From IMG/VR virus record IMGVR_UViG_3300048799_000004: a DNA stretch of 64,000 nt. One strand, 5' to 3'. Below the pieces are notes generated by a model that had not been told where the DNA came from, made no database searches, and saw only the letters and a program-made list of their open reading frames with translations. Below are positions 21,101 through 29,716 of this stretch, one piece after another. Both the position numbers and the translations under genes were made by a program. Every line of letters begins with the position of its first letter. The first letter of the stretch is position 1. The stretch comes from an uncultured virus (IMG/VR IMGVR_UViG_3300048799_000004) (taxonomy: Duplodnaviria; Heunggongvirae; Uroviricota; Caudoviricetes).

Positions 21101-24100
21101 CATCAGTATGTCGCCGAGATCCCGGCGCAGCTGTTGTATGACGCGTCCCGAGATCCGCTTGGCTTCCGAGAAGCTGCGATGGAGCCAATAGGGTTCGACG
21201 GCAACGGACCAACAGACTTCTCCTACAACCACGATGAGTTCGAGAAAGGCGTCAAGGCTCACGGCTACCTAGGGTACTACGGCAGTGACGCAGGGGAAGA
21301 TAAGCTCATGCAGGGTCAGGCTCGGCTCTTCAAGCCGTGGCCTGTGACCCCGGTTGATAAATACGTCAACTTTGATGGCTACTCCAAAGCTGGCTCGCAG
21401 GAGATCATATACGCGCCAATGACGAAGGGTGCCGCGAAGCTCAAGGGCAGCGTGCCAATCGACCCGAATGCGCGAGCGATATTAGAGAGTTACGCGGCGT
21501 CCATCGCGATGCTCAATCACCAGAACTCAGTCGGCTGGCACCGCCCACGCACCGACTCCCTGGTGCGCGACGAGAACGGAATGGCAGTCCACTTGACAAA
21601 TGCGTCAAGCGATAGCTTCTTAAGAGCATACAAAGCCGTTTCAGATGCTGCCAAGAGCGCAGGCGTACCTGCGGAGCGAGCGATGGAGTTCGCGCCGATC
21701 CACTCGCCAGAGGGATTCAGGTTCGTGAACTGGGGCGCGATGGACAACAACGAATTCAAAAAGACGGTGAGTGCTGCAATCGCCAGCGTTCTACCAGACG
21801 CTGTGCTCACGCCGTTCGCGGCTGACGGCGGGCTCATCAGTAACGATTGGACCACACACAAGAACGGAGAACAGTATGCACAAGTCATCGCAAAAAACGG
21901 CCACAGCACCGATCTCGCAGAACCTATCGCTGCAGTCAAGCAGCGCCTTGAAGGCGTCTACTCCAAGTACGCCGAGCGCCTTGGCACCGAACATGGCAAA
22001 CGGGGAAGCGTTGAGGGGTCTGCCGATTCAGATGGGAAACTCGGACCACCAATATCCCTGGATCGGCTAACCGGCGACAAGGGAGGATTGCAAAAGGATG
22101 TGCGCGGCAGGTTCGGCAAGCTGGGAACTGATCTACAGCCAGCTGGGAAACTGTATGACCTGAAGAGTCTTGTTGAGAATCCCGCACAAATCGCGGACTT
22201 CGCGAAACGATTGGGGTTCGATATCGAGCTATTCAGCTTCACTTCTGACCCAAGTAAGGGTATCGAGTTCCGCCTACCGAAGCTCGGCAAGAACGGCTAC
22301 ACGGGCGGCAAGCTGTGGCTCTACGATCCTCGTGTCGGCGCTGCCTCGTTCCATGACGCGGACTACACCCGCGCGTGGCGCATCTCGCACGAACTGGGGC
22401 ACGCACTGACAGAGCACTTCATGCAGGCGAAGTACGGAGACAGCTTCCGCTACGGTCTGCTCGGGCAGACCATGCAGGTCGAGCGCGGTGGCGCTGGCAA
22501 GCAGAAGATGGTCAACCAACGTCCGCTCACGCTCTTAGAAGCTCAGCGCGCCGTGGAGTGGGAGGACGTCGCGTTCCGCATGCAGCGAGCGGTCCTGGAG
22601 AAGAACGGCGTGTCGATCCCAGACCAGGACTTCGCGCGTGAGTACAACACGAATATCTCGGACGCGGTGTACCGCGTTCTGACCGGTGACTTCACTGACA
22701 TGGACGGTCTGACGCCATCGGACAAACTACCGGACCTGCAGAGCGTACTGCAGCTCCTAGAAGACTCTGAAGGAACCCTCGCTAAGTCCCAGGGACGCGA
22801 ACCTTCAGTAGGATTTAACCTTCGTGCGTGGAGCCCCATCTCAGATGCGGACATTAAAGCGGCCCTGGAGAACCGTATGTCAGGCGGCGGGAAGGTCAAG
22901 TTCTCCGCGCGCGATGAGTCTGACTACGAGGTTGTCGCCAAAACAAAGGTCGGCGATGAAGTCGAAGGTCCGCACAACGAGTTGACGTTCAGCTCTAACG
23001 AAGACGCGCACGACTACGTTGACTCGCATGACCTACCTCCAGGAGCTAACCACTTCCTGGTGCGGCCGGTAAATCGCAATCCGTTCCAGCGCACTCCGAG
23101 GGCGAAGGACGGCAAAGCGCCGTCGTCTGCAATGAAGGCAGAGTTCGTCTCCAAGTACCCGCTGGTTGGAAAATCCGTCCCAGGGTACGGTCAGCTCGAA
23201 GAGCGTCTGGTCAACGGCAACGTGATTGTCGGCATGGTGACTGACCCATACGATGCTGGCACAGTGTACCTAAGCATTGTTCGATCATTGGAGCCGGGTC
23301 AAGGAGCTGGCACAAAGGCCCTAGCTGACATCGCCGGGTTGGCTGACAAGCACGGCGTAGCGATGGAACTGAACGCATCTCCGCTGGACACTGACGGCAT
23401 CCGCATCGAGCCGCTTATACGCTGGTACGAGAAGATGGGGTTCAAGCAAGGAACTACCGAGAGCATGAGCGAAGGCAGCCCTGATTGGAACGCCGGTCTA
23501 ATGCGCCGCGAGCCGCAAGACCCGGCGAAGTTCTCGGTCACTCCGTTTGAAACGAACGAAGGGAAAGGCTTGAGCGATGAAGATGCAGCCAAGGTATTGG
23601 CGCACGCTCAGGCTATGTTCCCTACCGCACATCATCATCTTGCGAAGTCCATCGAGGACGCTCCGCACGCCGTTCAGGCTGAAGCAGAGCTTCGCGGCAT
23701 CTCAGATAAGATCATGGCAGCCTACGTGCGCGACTACGACGGTACGCACATATATCTGATCCAGAATAACATGACGAGTCCAGAGGAAGCGCTAGACACA
23801 CTTGTGCAGGAGAACGTCGGACACGACGGTATCGCTCGCACGTTCGGCGATGAGATGGGCAACATCATGGATGGCTTCTTGCGCAACGGCTCATTAATGC
23901 CGTCAATTTTGCGCATGGCTGCGCGCGAGGGCATTGACCTGAAGGCAGCATCTGACCCGGTGTCGCGCATGGAAGCTCTGCGCGCCGCCACCGAGGAATG
24001 GCTTGCTCACGGTGCAGGTGCAGAACTTGCTGGCGCTGCAGCCCCCACTGGTTTGCGTGGTGCTGTCGGCACGGCGCTGTCTCACCTGAAGCTGTGGGCC

Positions 24101-27100
24101 GCAGGTAAGGGACTCCCCATTACCCTGGATCGAGATGACGCTCTAGTGGCGCTGCGCCGCGCGCATGACTACGTGAAGTCCGGCGCGTGGACTAATCGTA
24201 TCCAAGAGGCTCGTGATGCCAAGGAAGCCGCGAGCGTGAAGTTCGCCGTTGTTCCGCCAGACCCTGAGTCAATCAAGCGCCAGAACGCCAAGATGGGTGA
24301 GCAGCCAAAGGGGCCGAACACTGAAGGGTATAAGACTCGCGTGACTCGCGCTGTGGCTGATGCGCGCTCCAAGTGGCTGATAGAAAGCGCCGACCAGCTG
24401 TACCGCATAAAGCAGTACGAAGAGGAAGGACAGATACCACCGGCAGAGAGCGGGTACATATCAGCGCGTCTGTCCACGAACGTCATGCCTCAGATCCGCA
24501 CGCTCATGGAGTGGGGCGGAATCAAGTGGACTGGCACAGTTGGGTTCGACCCTGACAAATCAATGGCTCCTGACATCGACACAAGCGTGAAGCCGCTCAA
24601 TCAGATTCACGCGCCGCTCGGCAACGATCCGCAGATGCTGCGCAACTTCGAGTGGTATCAGTACGGGCTGCGCGCTAACGACCTGATGAAGGAAGGTCGC
24701 GAGAACTCTCTCACGAAGGAAGACATCGCTGACGCGCTCTCCTACGCGGTGAAGTATCCGCACTTCGTTCAGATGCAGAAGGACATCGCCAAGCTCAACA
24801 AGAACGTCCTTGACTTCGCTGAACGCGCCGGGATCATCAATCCTGAGACCCGTCCTCTGTGGGAGTCTGAGAACTACACACCGCTGTACCGAGTAGCAGA
24901 AGAGGCGCAGCACGGCCCGTTCGCCTCCGGTGCTCTGGGTAGCGTCAAGAACCCGATCACGCGTCTAAAGGGCGGCACGCAGAACGTGCGCGACATCACC
25001 GGCAATATGGTCCAGAACTGGAAGGTGCTCATCAGCGCTGCGACTAAGGCGCACGCGGCGCGCGTCGCAATAGACAACCTCACGCCACACGGTCTCGCGA
25101 TTCGTCAGCCTGACATGGTGGATGCCGTGATGTCTCCTGAAGGAATCAACGCAGCCCTTGAGAAGGCTGGCATCGAGCCTGTAGGTGCATCCTCGATGGC
25201 TGGCGTCAAGTTCCTGCTCAGTATGCATCAGGCCACAACCGGCGCGGACACGATCACTATCTGGCGCGGCGGCAAGCGTGAGAACTGGCAGATGGTAGAT
25301 CCTCTGCTCGCCCAGTCGTTTGCTGCGCTCAAGAACAGCCCGCTGGCGTCCCTCTCGAACGTAACTGGCCTCAAGACGGTTATGGGATTATTCGGCGGTG
25401 CGAAGCGCGGGCTCACCGCAGCTATCGTCCACACGCCGATCTTCTGGTTGCGCACCCTCTACAAGGATAATATCAACGCGTGGGTAGTCTCGCGCGGCAT
25501 CATGCCGGTGACCCCCATAGTCAGCGCCATCGCCGGGACCATCAAGGCAGTCATCGCTAACCCATCGTTCCGTAGGATGTCTGCGGCAGGTGCTTCGTTC
25601 AACCAGGGGCGCAACGATCCGTCAGACCTGAAGGTAGGCAGGAAGAAGTACCTGACTAAGCAGTCATGGGTTGGTCGGCAGTGGCAGAACTACCTTAACC
25701 TCACATCGAGTTCTGAGAACGCCAGCCGCGTGACAGTTTATGAGAACACACTTAAGAAGACCTCCAGTCACAAGCTTGCTGCCTTCGAGGCGCGCGACAT
25801 CATGGACTACGCCATGCGCGGAGCCTCGCCGCTCGTACACGCGATAGTTGAGACCGTGCCGTTCTGGGGAGCACACTCCCAGGGCATGTACAAGACTGGA
25901 CGCGCGATGGTTAGCAACTCAGGCTCATATGCTCCTACCCTAGGCAAGAAGATCGTAGGGCGCGTGGCCATGCACTCGCTAGACACAATGTACGCTGCGT
26001 CACTTATAAAGGGAGGCGCTCTTGCGTTCCTGGCTGCGGCTGCTGCGTTCCACAACTTCAACAACCCGGCGTACCAAGAGTTGCCTGACCTGCAGAAAGA
26101 GTCATCGTTCAACGTGTATGTCGGTAACCACAGGTTCATGGTGCCGAAGCAGTTCGAGAGCGGCCAGATCTTTGGTACGTTCCCTGAAGCCATTGTGACA
26201 GCAGCCCTCTCGAACAACAAGGCAACCGTTGCAAAAGAGCAGGCGCTTTATGCGTACCATGCGTTTGCGAACCTACTCAACCTGAACCCAACTCCGCAGT
26301 TGGTAAAGCCACTGGCAGAACTGTACGGTAACAGCGACTGGGCAAACAACGGTAATCCTATCCTGACGTCATTCGACCAGGAGCTTGCCCCAAGCGAGCA
26401 GGTTGGTCCGCGAACGAGCCCGACAATCACAGCTATCGCTCGGCACATGCCTATCGGTGGATGGCTGCAGAGCCCGAAGCAGCTGGACTTCTTGGTGCGA
26501 GCATATACAGGTATGTTGGGCACCTACGTATTGCAGGCTACCGACCTTGGGATGCGAGCTGCACACATGGCACCAAAGTCTCCTGATGACATCTGGCGTC
26601 AGCTCCCTGTAGTAAGTAGCTTCATGCCGGGAACTGGTGGCGAGCCGTACACGACGCGATCACTACAGGAACTCAACAAGGTAATGAAGGCTGCGGCTCC
26701 GATTGAGGCCAGCATCCGTGAGCTTGAGGGCGAACGCACAGAGGAATCCGTGGAGCGAGCCAAAGCTCTGATGGATGCAGATCCAGAGCAATATGTTGCG
26801 GTACACGATATGCGCAACACTGCTAAGTGGATTCATGAGCACCAGAAAATGCAGCGCAAGGCTATGCTGGACGCTGAGATGTCTGATGCTGAGAAGAAGG
26901 CTTATCTCAATGAATCCCAGAAAGGCATAAATCAAGCTGCTCACGACATCCACGAGTATCGCCCTGGCGGAACAGAGAACAAGACTCGGGTTGAAGATAT
27001 GCTGAAAAACGCAACATCAATGAACGACAAGGCGGCAATCCTGCGCGCCAACGACATGCCGCACACCGCGAGCCTGCTCGCTCAGCTCGGAAAGAAAATG

Positions 27101-27139
27101 CCACCTGCAGTACAGGCAGCATTGGAGGAACTCGCGTGA
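15122..27139 (+). CDS. Giant polyvalent internal virion protein (zeta-toxin-like kinase, HExxH metallopeptidases, HhH-glycosylase-like, ART-like, GNAT, LPD38-like domains)
   Basis: 4005 aa. Motifs: AGGTGSGKT, AHELFH, VTVDRW...QAAVW, RHWS...DP...LYD...DP, SHELGH, GQGAGT...WYEKMGF, QENVGH, ARDxMDY...VPF...PKxFE...SPxQxDFL. Confidence 0.8.
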   Translation: MADLLAPDQGAAAQLDQGGLLAQPDTGSALQPAPSPEVAAPVEPVTLSQPASAASTPTKTPEPADIDALKASPTEWPKFEQYFGTLPKDFQKPIAQPEDVAALKASNDDPKVVNAYEKTFGSLPFGAVPGRDIDDASRVFASSAMRVTAAMAAGGPPTAEDMRKGGAGLVQRAADRATQFKKDMEDPNQNWQDNLKSVGSAFVAAGEEAGGIVSSAVGSNPLMRFTDFVRANLKQTQDDQVALQNKLKTLPPDQAQDYMNKLTGGQLSPNTLRNVPLLQAQKGWSPTSAVGDAVKKGADSLNAVADDWENGVSPAAKKALEETMVSPNKGELLGPGATDPRAAILHASQMFGTIAPLMVLGDGAGTIGFGLGRAAAVESLADVEMPIIAKEAAIAKMAGETSVKAAYGANAIAAGHGFGEMSAQQVAKQVDQMDEKDLMKIPEYKAVIDNKGTTEQAKIAASHNAQVIAYMSGAIASGLDIKYVQDGFGSAMENMEKVVTARAGATAGAAGVMAGTVVKSAAGGAVMMGGTTAGQNIATGQDVTKGVGESAAQGAAMGLSTAVAGHAVAGAAALGKSGVDAMRGKATEQSTPSSGTDPSAQKQLTGPGSDTTTPAPSPKSSQTHADLQSVARGEELPPEAIKALKDQGLISTGSTSGKPMVLPAGKRFITDFQQTLKQSAAESASAKGQPGTDESKNAPETTPNKMDANEVKVQDTGPKVTEEADTATKAPRTPDETKDEAGVAADQQLTKKQQMDKMQESRDAEIQSHMGSKREEDYPLALNQKGEQDSTQASYEPQNRAMTTMQDAMEMTQKSQTQVRETIPRATSLSSSDRNIESRFIDSISSNLPAAIKKYSQLPQTDGGRIINTDEVRQLSADYAGDHSVTAAVHEPSSWLAGVMYKRALAQPAPPGKDNVVVMTAGGTGSGKTSGLDLAHMDPITRRAQIVFDTAMNSFETGKDKIAAARNAGKGVIIHYVYRDPLQSFAEGSLPRSMDMGRVVPIEAVKGTHEGSSKAIKKLMVHFKDDPMVQFVATHNEGNGKAVAIDPSEAVKLKSKVSLEILRSAAKEALKNGTITPELYARTTGQLAPGTAATVGSKGADGSIRSAGSDVGVSEGGAGSEGEGSETSRANLDRIEARAKRRFAEEKARRTTANRLQLVPRSGASPAEEQLTSNWTDLSNSLAKPGTSLTKAIEQSGMGAHQLLDGMVAASEGLAPEVKGVMELLREHVPDVRVSIVPSIIGRGGEKLTNADGMYSPVDGHVQVTKRIINKPAGPRVLAHELFHAAMAREIEENPGSPHVVALADLLDEARDLAGTKYGHEVVADHVEYFNSTEGTAIKPKNYNRNLYGLTDILEMTAETTTSPAFQRLLDHLDNEVRKTLSMDDPYRMMMSQGDYEGLVQRIVNGITDIFGPRNSRETRLLQDIIYHTAGVMKDQKARMSTGQMLSKDALSVKDDLSNQSGDETSKTMDHTHTLLKSGRTDMIKGHDHEWFPETQRTGKGGTGEDTHTHGLGEDRKNAEGKMIADDLGKNKISKLVLGAAELGALKLIRGVVKYEEWAPAMSKQFGRSIKPVLPQLFEIAKDKTRDIKSLVYKKGKDGRYVGGPAGLGRDDLATLRATVRKLAREGGDFRNWYDESSQAVLDAVGGDIAEAKKLAGLLSIFSSGATVSANTTMALRAWYQHQNGVAIDTGTTANDEVAQRWLDLGKEPDGMKKSNFYGNLLQKLQGDHSDVWHGGVTVDRWMMRALGYAKEAPTDPQYAFISDQIRKVAKDLGWEPEEAQAAVWVAIKARWEDIRKEGHAEAMKNGWISLGKDSQGNPETNILDPERYYGMMLKRSLAYALPKESLARAGANYRTELVKQRGQVSWEALPSSESGKLPGMEHMPIEVQAAFQHDAAAALINPKTGNDHLRESLGMLSVGHIDGNSAWFNNPGQVMRFRHWSTQSDLSTVDPKFMGKGVSTWAERGRTNKVTALYPYETNEEQPEKLVASGAPHQYVAEIPAQLLYDASRDPLGFREAAMEPIGFDGNGPTDFSYNHDEFEKGVKAHGYLGYYGSDAGEDKLMQGQARLFKPWPVTPVDKYVNFDGYSKAGSQEIIYAPMTKGAAKLKGSVPIDPNARAILESYAASIAMLNHQNSVGWHRPRTDSLVRDENGMAVHLTNASSDSFLRAYKAVSDAAKSAGVPAERAMEFAPIHSPEGFRFVNWGAMDNNEFKKTVSAAIASVLPDAVLTPFAADGGLISNDWTTHKNGEQYAQVIAKNGHSTDLAEPIAAVKQRLEGVYSKYAERLGTEHGKRGSVEGSADSDGKLGPPISLDRLTGDKGGLQKDVRGRFGKLGTDLQPAGKLYDLKSLVENPAQIADFAKRLGFDIELFSFTSDPSKGIEFRLPKLGKNGYTGGKLWLYDPRVGAASFHDADYTRAWRISHELGHALTEHFMQAKYGDSFRYGLLGQTMQVERGGAGKQKMVNQRPLTLLEAQRAVEWEDVAFRMQRAVLEKNGVSIPDQDFAREYNTNISDAVYRVLTGDFTDMDGLTPSDKLPDLQSVLQLLEDSEGTLAKSQGREPSVGFNLRAWSPISDADIKAALENRMSGGGKVKFSARDESDYEVVAKTKVGDEVEGPHNELTFSSNEDAHDYVDSHDLPPGANHFLVRPVNRNPFQRTPRAKDGKAPSSAMKAEFVSKYPLVGKSVPGYGQLEERLVNGNVIVGMVTDPYDAGTVYLSIVRSLEPGQGAGTKALADIAGLADKHGVAMELNASPLDTDGIRIEPLIRWYEKMGFKQGTTESMSEGSPDWNAGLMRREPQDPAKFSVTPFETNEGKGLSDEDAAKVLAHAQAMFPTAHHHLAKSIEDAPHAVQAEAELRGISDKIMAAYVRDYDGTHIYLIQNNMTSPEEALDTLVQENVGHDGIARTFGDEMGNIMDGFLRNGSLMPSILRMAAREGIDLKAASDPVSRMEALRAATEEWLAHGAGAELAGAAAPTGLRGAVGTALSHLKLWAAGKGLPITLDRDDALVALRRAHDYVKSGAWTNRIQEARDAKEAASVKFAVVPPDPESIKRQNAKMGEQPKGPNTEGYKTRVTRAVADARSKWLIESADQLYRIKQYEEEGQIPPAESGYISARLSTNVMPQIRTLMEWGGIKWTGTVGFDPDKSMAPDIDTSVKPLNQIHAPLGNDPQMLRNFEWYQYGLRANDLMKEGRENSLTKEDIADALSYAVKYPHFVQMQKDIAKLNKNVLDFAERAGIINPETRPLWESENYTPLYRVAEEAQHGPFASGALGSVKNPITRLKGGTQNVRDITGNMVQNWKVLISAATKAHAARVAIDNLTPHGLAIRQPDMVDAVMSPEGINAALEKAGIEPVGASSMAGVKFLLSMHQATTGADTITIWRGGKRENWQMVDPLLAQSFAALKNSPLASLSNVTGLKTVMGLFGGAKRGLTAAIVHTPIFWLRTLYKDNINAWVVSRGIMPVTPIVSAIAGTIKAVIANPSFRRMSAAGASFNQGRNDPSDLKVGRKKYLTKQSWVGRQWQNYLNLTSSSENASRVTVYENTLKKTSSHKLAAFEARDIMDYAMRGASPLVHAIVETVPFWGAHSQGMYKTGRAMVSNSGSYAPTLGKKIVGRVAMHSLDTMYAASLIKGGALAFLAAAAAFHNFNNPAYQELPDLQKESSFNVYVGNHRFMVPKQFESGQIFGTFPEAIVTAALSNNKATVAKEQALYAYHAFANLLNLNPTPQLVKPLAELYGNSDWANNGNPILTSFDQELAPSEQVGPRTSPTITAIARHMPIGGWLQSPKQLDFLVRAYTGMLGTYVLQATDLGMRAAHMAPKSPDDIWRQLPVVSSFMPGTGGEPYTTRSLQELNKVMKAAAPIEASIRELEGERTEESVERAKALMDADPEQYVAVHDMRNTAKWIHEHQKMQRKAMLDAEMSDAEKKAYLNESQKGINQAAHDIHEYRPGGTENKTRVEDMLKNATSMNDKAAILRANDMPHTASLLAQLGKKMPPAVQAALEELA

Positions 27140-27468
27140 TCGACGTAAACGACTATTTGAGTAAGGGATGGATGATCGCTGCTGGAGTAGTCGGCTGGGT
27201 CTATCGTGGGCACGTCACTCAGGATAAAGAGGCCCATGCGTCGCACGTTGCACGCCTTACAGCCATCGAGGCTACCCAGGCAACTCGGGCAGACATTGCC
27301 CGGTTGTATGATAAACTGGAGGTAGTCGGCGGTGAGCTGCATACCAGCCAGCGCGAGATCATGAACACCCTACTTGCAGCTAAGCTCGCACTCAATACCG
27401 AGAAGCGTGAAGTGCGGGAGCGCCTTGAGTTGGCGGCAGCTGATCCAGACACAGAGATGCATTTATGA
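27136..27468 (+). CDS. Hypothetical protein with an N-terminal hydrophobic segment and coiled coil (lysis module)
   Basis: GTGA overlap; GGAGG upstream. Confidence 0.5.
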   Translation: MIDVNDYLSKGWMIAAGVVGWVYRGHVTQDKEAHASHVARLTAIEATQATRADIARLYDKLEVVGGELHTSQREIMNTLLAAKLALNTEKREVRERLELAAADPDTEMHL

Positions 27469-27782
27469 TAGACCCAGGTGTAGAAAGGATAGTCGCAGAT
27501 ATTGCTGCCGTCATTGCGGCTACGGCCGCATTGATTTCTGCCGTTGTCGGCCTGATCAACAAGGGGATCATTTCTGAGGTACACGTCAATACCAACAACC
27601 GGCTCGACCGGATGTTCGAGATGCTGAAAGAGGAGCGCATCGCTGCAGAGAACGACGCAGATATTGCGCGCACTGCTGCTGTGGTAGCATCATCCAAAGC
27701 AACACGCGACGTACTGGATGCTGCGGACTCTGCAGCCAAGCATGCTCTTGCGGCGCGCGGCCCACTAAACTTCAAGGCGTAG
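27465..27782 (+). CDS. Membrane-anchored hypothetical protein (holin/antiholin candidate)
   Basis: One TM helix (IAAVIAATAALISAVVGLI); immediately upstream of the endolysin. Confidence 0.5.
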   Translation: MIDPGVERIVADIAAVIAATAALISAVVGLINKGIISEVHVNTNNRLDRMFEMLKEERIAAENDADIARTAAVVASSKATRDVLDAADSAAKHALAARGPLNFKA

Positions 27783-27784
27783 AC

Positions 27785-28390
27785 ATGAACCTCGATCAGT
27801 TCATCGACATCCTTCCTAACGCGGACGACAACTGGGTGATTGCGCTTATGGCTGTGTGTGACATCGTCCCCTGGGCGATCAACACGAACTACCGCATCGC
27901 CGGGTTCCTTGGGCAGGTAGCCAATGAGTCCGAGGGATTCACCCACTTTGAGGAGAATCTGAACTATTCTGCTCAAGACTTGATGCGAACGTGGCCTACC
28001 CGGTTCCCGGACCTAGCGCACACGACCGGGTACGTGGACAGCCCCCAGGCCCTGGCGTACCTCGTGTACGGCGGGCGGATGGGCAACACCCAGTCAGGCG
28101 ACGGCTGGGCATTCCGCGGCCGGGGACCGATCCAGATCACCGGCAGGGCTGAATACGCGCTCTGTGGCGCGGCGATCTCCGAAGACCTGCTGGACACGCC
28201 AGAGCTTCTCCTCCAAACCGGTCCTGGGGCCTCCAGTGCGGCTTGGTTCTGGTCAGCTCACGGCTGTAACGAGATGGCTGACACCCAGGCATGGGATCAG
28301 ATCACCCGGCGTATCAACGGTGGGACTGACGGGCTGGCCGACCGGATCGCCTGGACCGAGAAATTTCTCGACTGTCTTGGTGGTCCATGA
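27785..28390 (+). CDS. Endolysin, glycoside hydrolase family 19
   Basis: FLGQxxxES, EENLNYS, GDGWxFRGRGxIQITGR, SAAWFW and TRRINGGxxGLxDR motifs. Confidence 0.92.
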   Translation: MNLDQFIDILPNADDNWVIALMAVCDIVPWAINTNYRIAGFLGQVANESEGFTHFEENLNYSAQDLMRTWPTRFPDLAHTTGYVDSPQALAYLVYGGRMGNTQSGDGWAFRGRGPIQITGRAEYALCGAAISEDLLDTPELLLQTGPGASSAAWFWSAHGCNEMADTQAWDQITRRINGGTDGLADRIAWTEKFLDCLGGP

Positions 28391-28767
28391 CCGAAGGACT
28401 CACTGTTAGCGCTACCGCCACCGCGCCGCCATCCGTCGCTGTACCTACGCCACCACAAGCTCGCACCCAGGACATCCCTGGGAAGGTCAAATGGATGCAT
28501 TGGTCGGAGGTTATAGACTCCCTGCGGCTCTTCCCGCGCCTCATCATCATCCCGATGTTCGTCTGGGCGGCATGGAAGCTCGGGGGCATGTTAGACTGGT
28601 ACATGTGGCATCTGACTACTGCAGAGCGCACCGGCAACGTCACGGCGTTCGCAGGAGTCATCACCACCCCGATTTGCACTGTCTTAGGCTACGCCTTCAA
28701 AGTGTACATTGGCGGCGGGCGCGATTGGGATAAACAAGGGGGAGACGATGTTCGCGATCATCAGTAA
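28387..28767 (+). CDS. Two-TM membrane protein, holin candidate
   Basis: DSLRLFPRL followed by two hydrophobic helices; lies between the endolysin and the spanins. Confidence 0.6.
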   Translation: MTEGLTVSATATAPPSVAVPTPPQARTQDIPGKVKWMHWSEVIDSLRLFPRLIIIPMFVWAAWKLGGMLDWYMWHLTTAERTGNVTAFAGVITTPICTVLGYAFKVYIGGGRDWDKQGGDDVRDHQ

Positions 28768-29188
28768 GTTCTTCGGGGGCTCCTACCTCACAATAGCTCT
28801 GGCCGTTGCCATTGCGGGATTGACTCTGACGTGCTACGTGCAGCATAAAACCAATGGCGCGCTGAGCTTGGAAGTGTCCGCCATAAAATCGCAACTATCC
28901 ACAAGTCAAGATGTGAACCATACTGACGAAATAGCGATTGGCGAAAGTCAAGCAGCACTGACATCATGCCTGAGTCAATTTGCTGCTGCAGGAGCTGCGA
29001 GTTCTCAAGCCGCCACTGCAGCAAGGGATGAGCACACTCGTCTGGCGTCATCTCTCGCGAGTTCCCAATCAACCCTAAAGTCTCTTCTAGGAAAACCATC
29101 AGATGCATCCTTCCTCAAAACTGATCTCAACGCTCAGTACCCTGATATTGCTCGCGTCCTGCGCGGCAACTCCAGTACAGATCGTTAA
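28748..29188 (+). CDS. i-spanin (Rz-like)
   Basis: GGAG RBS before ATG 28748; N-terminal TM helix followed by an Ala-rich coiled coil. Confidence 0.7.
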   Translation: MFAIISKFFGGSYLTIALAVAIAGLTLTCYVQHKTNGALSLEVSAIKSQLSTSQDVNHTDEIAIGESQAALTSCLSQFAAAGAASSQAATAARDEHTRLASSLASSQSTLKSLLGKPSDASFLKTDLNAQYPDIARVLRGNSSTDR

Positions 29189-29411
29189 GACTAACACGAT
29201 CACTGTGACGAAGCAGGTACTGGTTCCGCTGTCAGCGGAGCTGACTGCGCCATGCACAACGCCAACTCTTGCTGCTGCGGGGATACTTCCGCTGTCCGAC
29301 GTTCTTGCTTGGGGTCTTGCGGAGCAGACTGCTCTAGCTGACTGCGACCAGCGAGTTGAGAAGATTCGATCTCTGCAGCCAACTCCGTCTCCTGCAGATA
29401 GTAAGGATTGA
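29103..29411 (+). CDS. o-spanin (Rz1-like lipoprotein)
   Basis: Lipobox LLASC; P..L..PC...ALADC motif; overlaps the end of the i-spanin in another frame. Confidence 0.75.
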   Translation: MHPSSKLISTLSTLILLASCAATPVQIVKTNTITVTKQVLVPLSAELTAPCTTPTLAAAGILPLSDVLAWGLAEQTALADCDQRVEKIRSLQPTPSPADSKD

Positions 29412-29715
29412 GCCAAGCGTAGGTTCCTTCGAGTACGTTGCCGGTCTCGGCGCTCAAGCACATATCCTGGAACTGTGACAGCTGCTGTTTATGCTGCAGC
29501 ACTTCATGAACACGCTCGATGGTTATAGGCGCTGCGTGTCCGAGAATCCATGACTCCGACTCTCGCCCCAGCGACTCACAGATCATCCGTGAGTTGAGTT
29601 GGTCAACCGTGTGCGTCGTCCCTGCTGGAGTCATGCGCTGCCATTTGTGGTAGTCGATCAGCGCGCGGACTAGCACGGCACCGCACAGTCGTGAGTACCG
29701 ATCTGGGATCTCCAT
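29200..29715 (-). CDS. Hypothetical protein (LxxAVLxRAxxDY family), probable start MEIPD
   Basis: ATG just after the upstream stop at 29717; the 3' end overlaps the o-spanin antisense. Confidence 0.5.
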   Translation of the reverse strand: MEIPDRYSRLCGAVLVRALIDYHKWQRMTPAGTTHTVDQLNSRMICESLGRESESWILGHAAPITIERVHEVLQHKQQLSQFQDMCLSAETGNVLEGTYAWLNPYYLQETELAAEIESSQLAGRSQLEQSAPQDPKQERRTAEVSPQQQELALCMAQSAPLTAEPVPASSQ

Positions 29716-29716
29716 G

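Noticed and set aside
15265..27122. Numerous minus-strand and alternate-frame ORFs within the giant gene
   Set aside because: Expected shadows of GC-rich codon bias; no motifs or RBSs.
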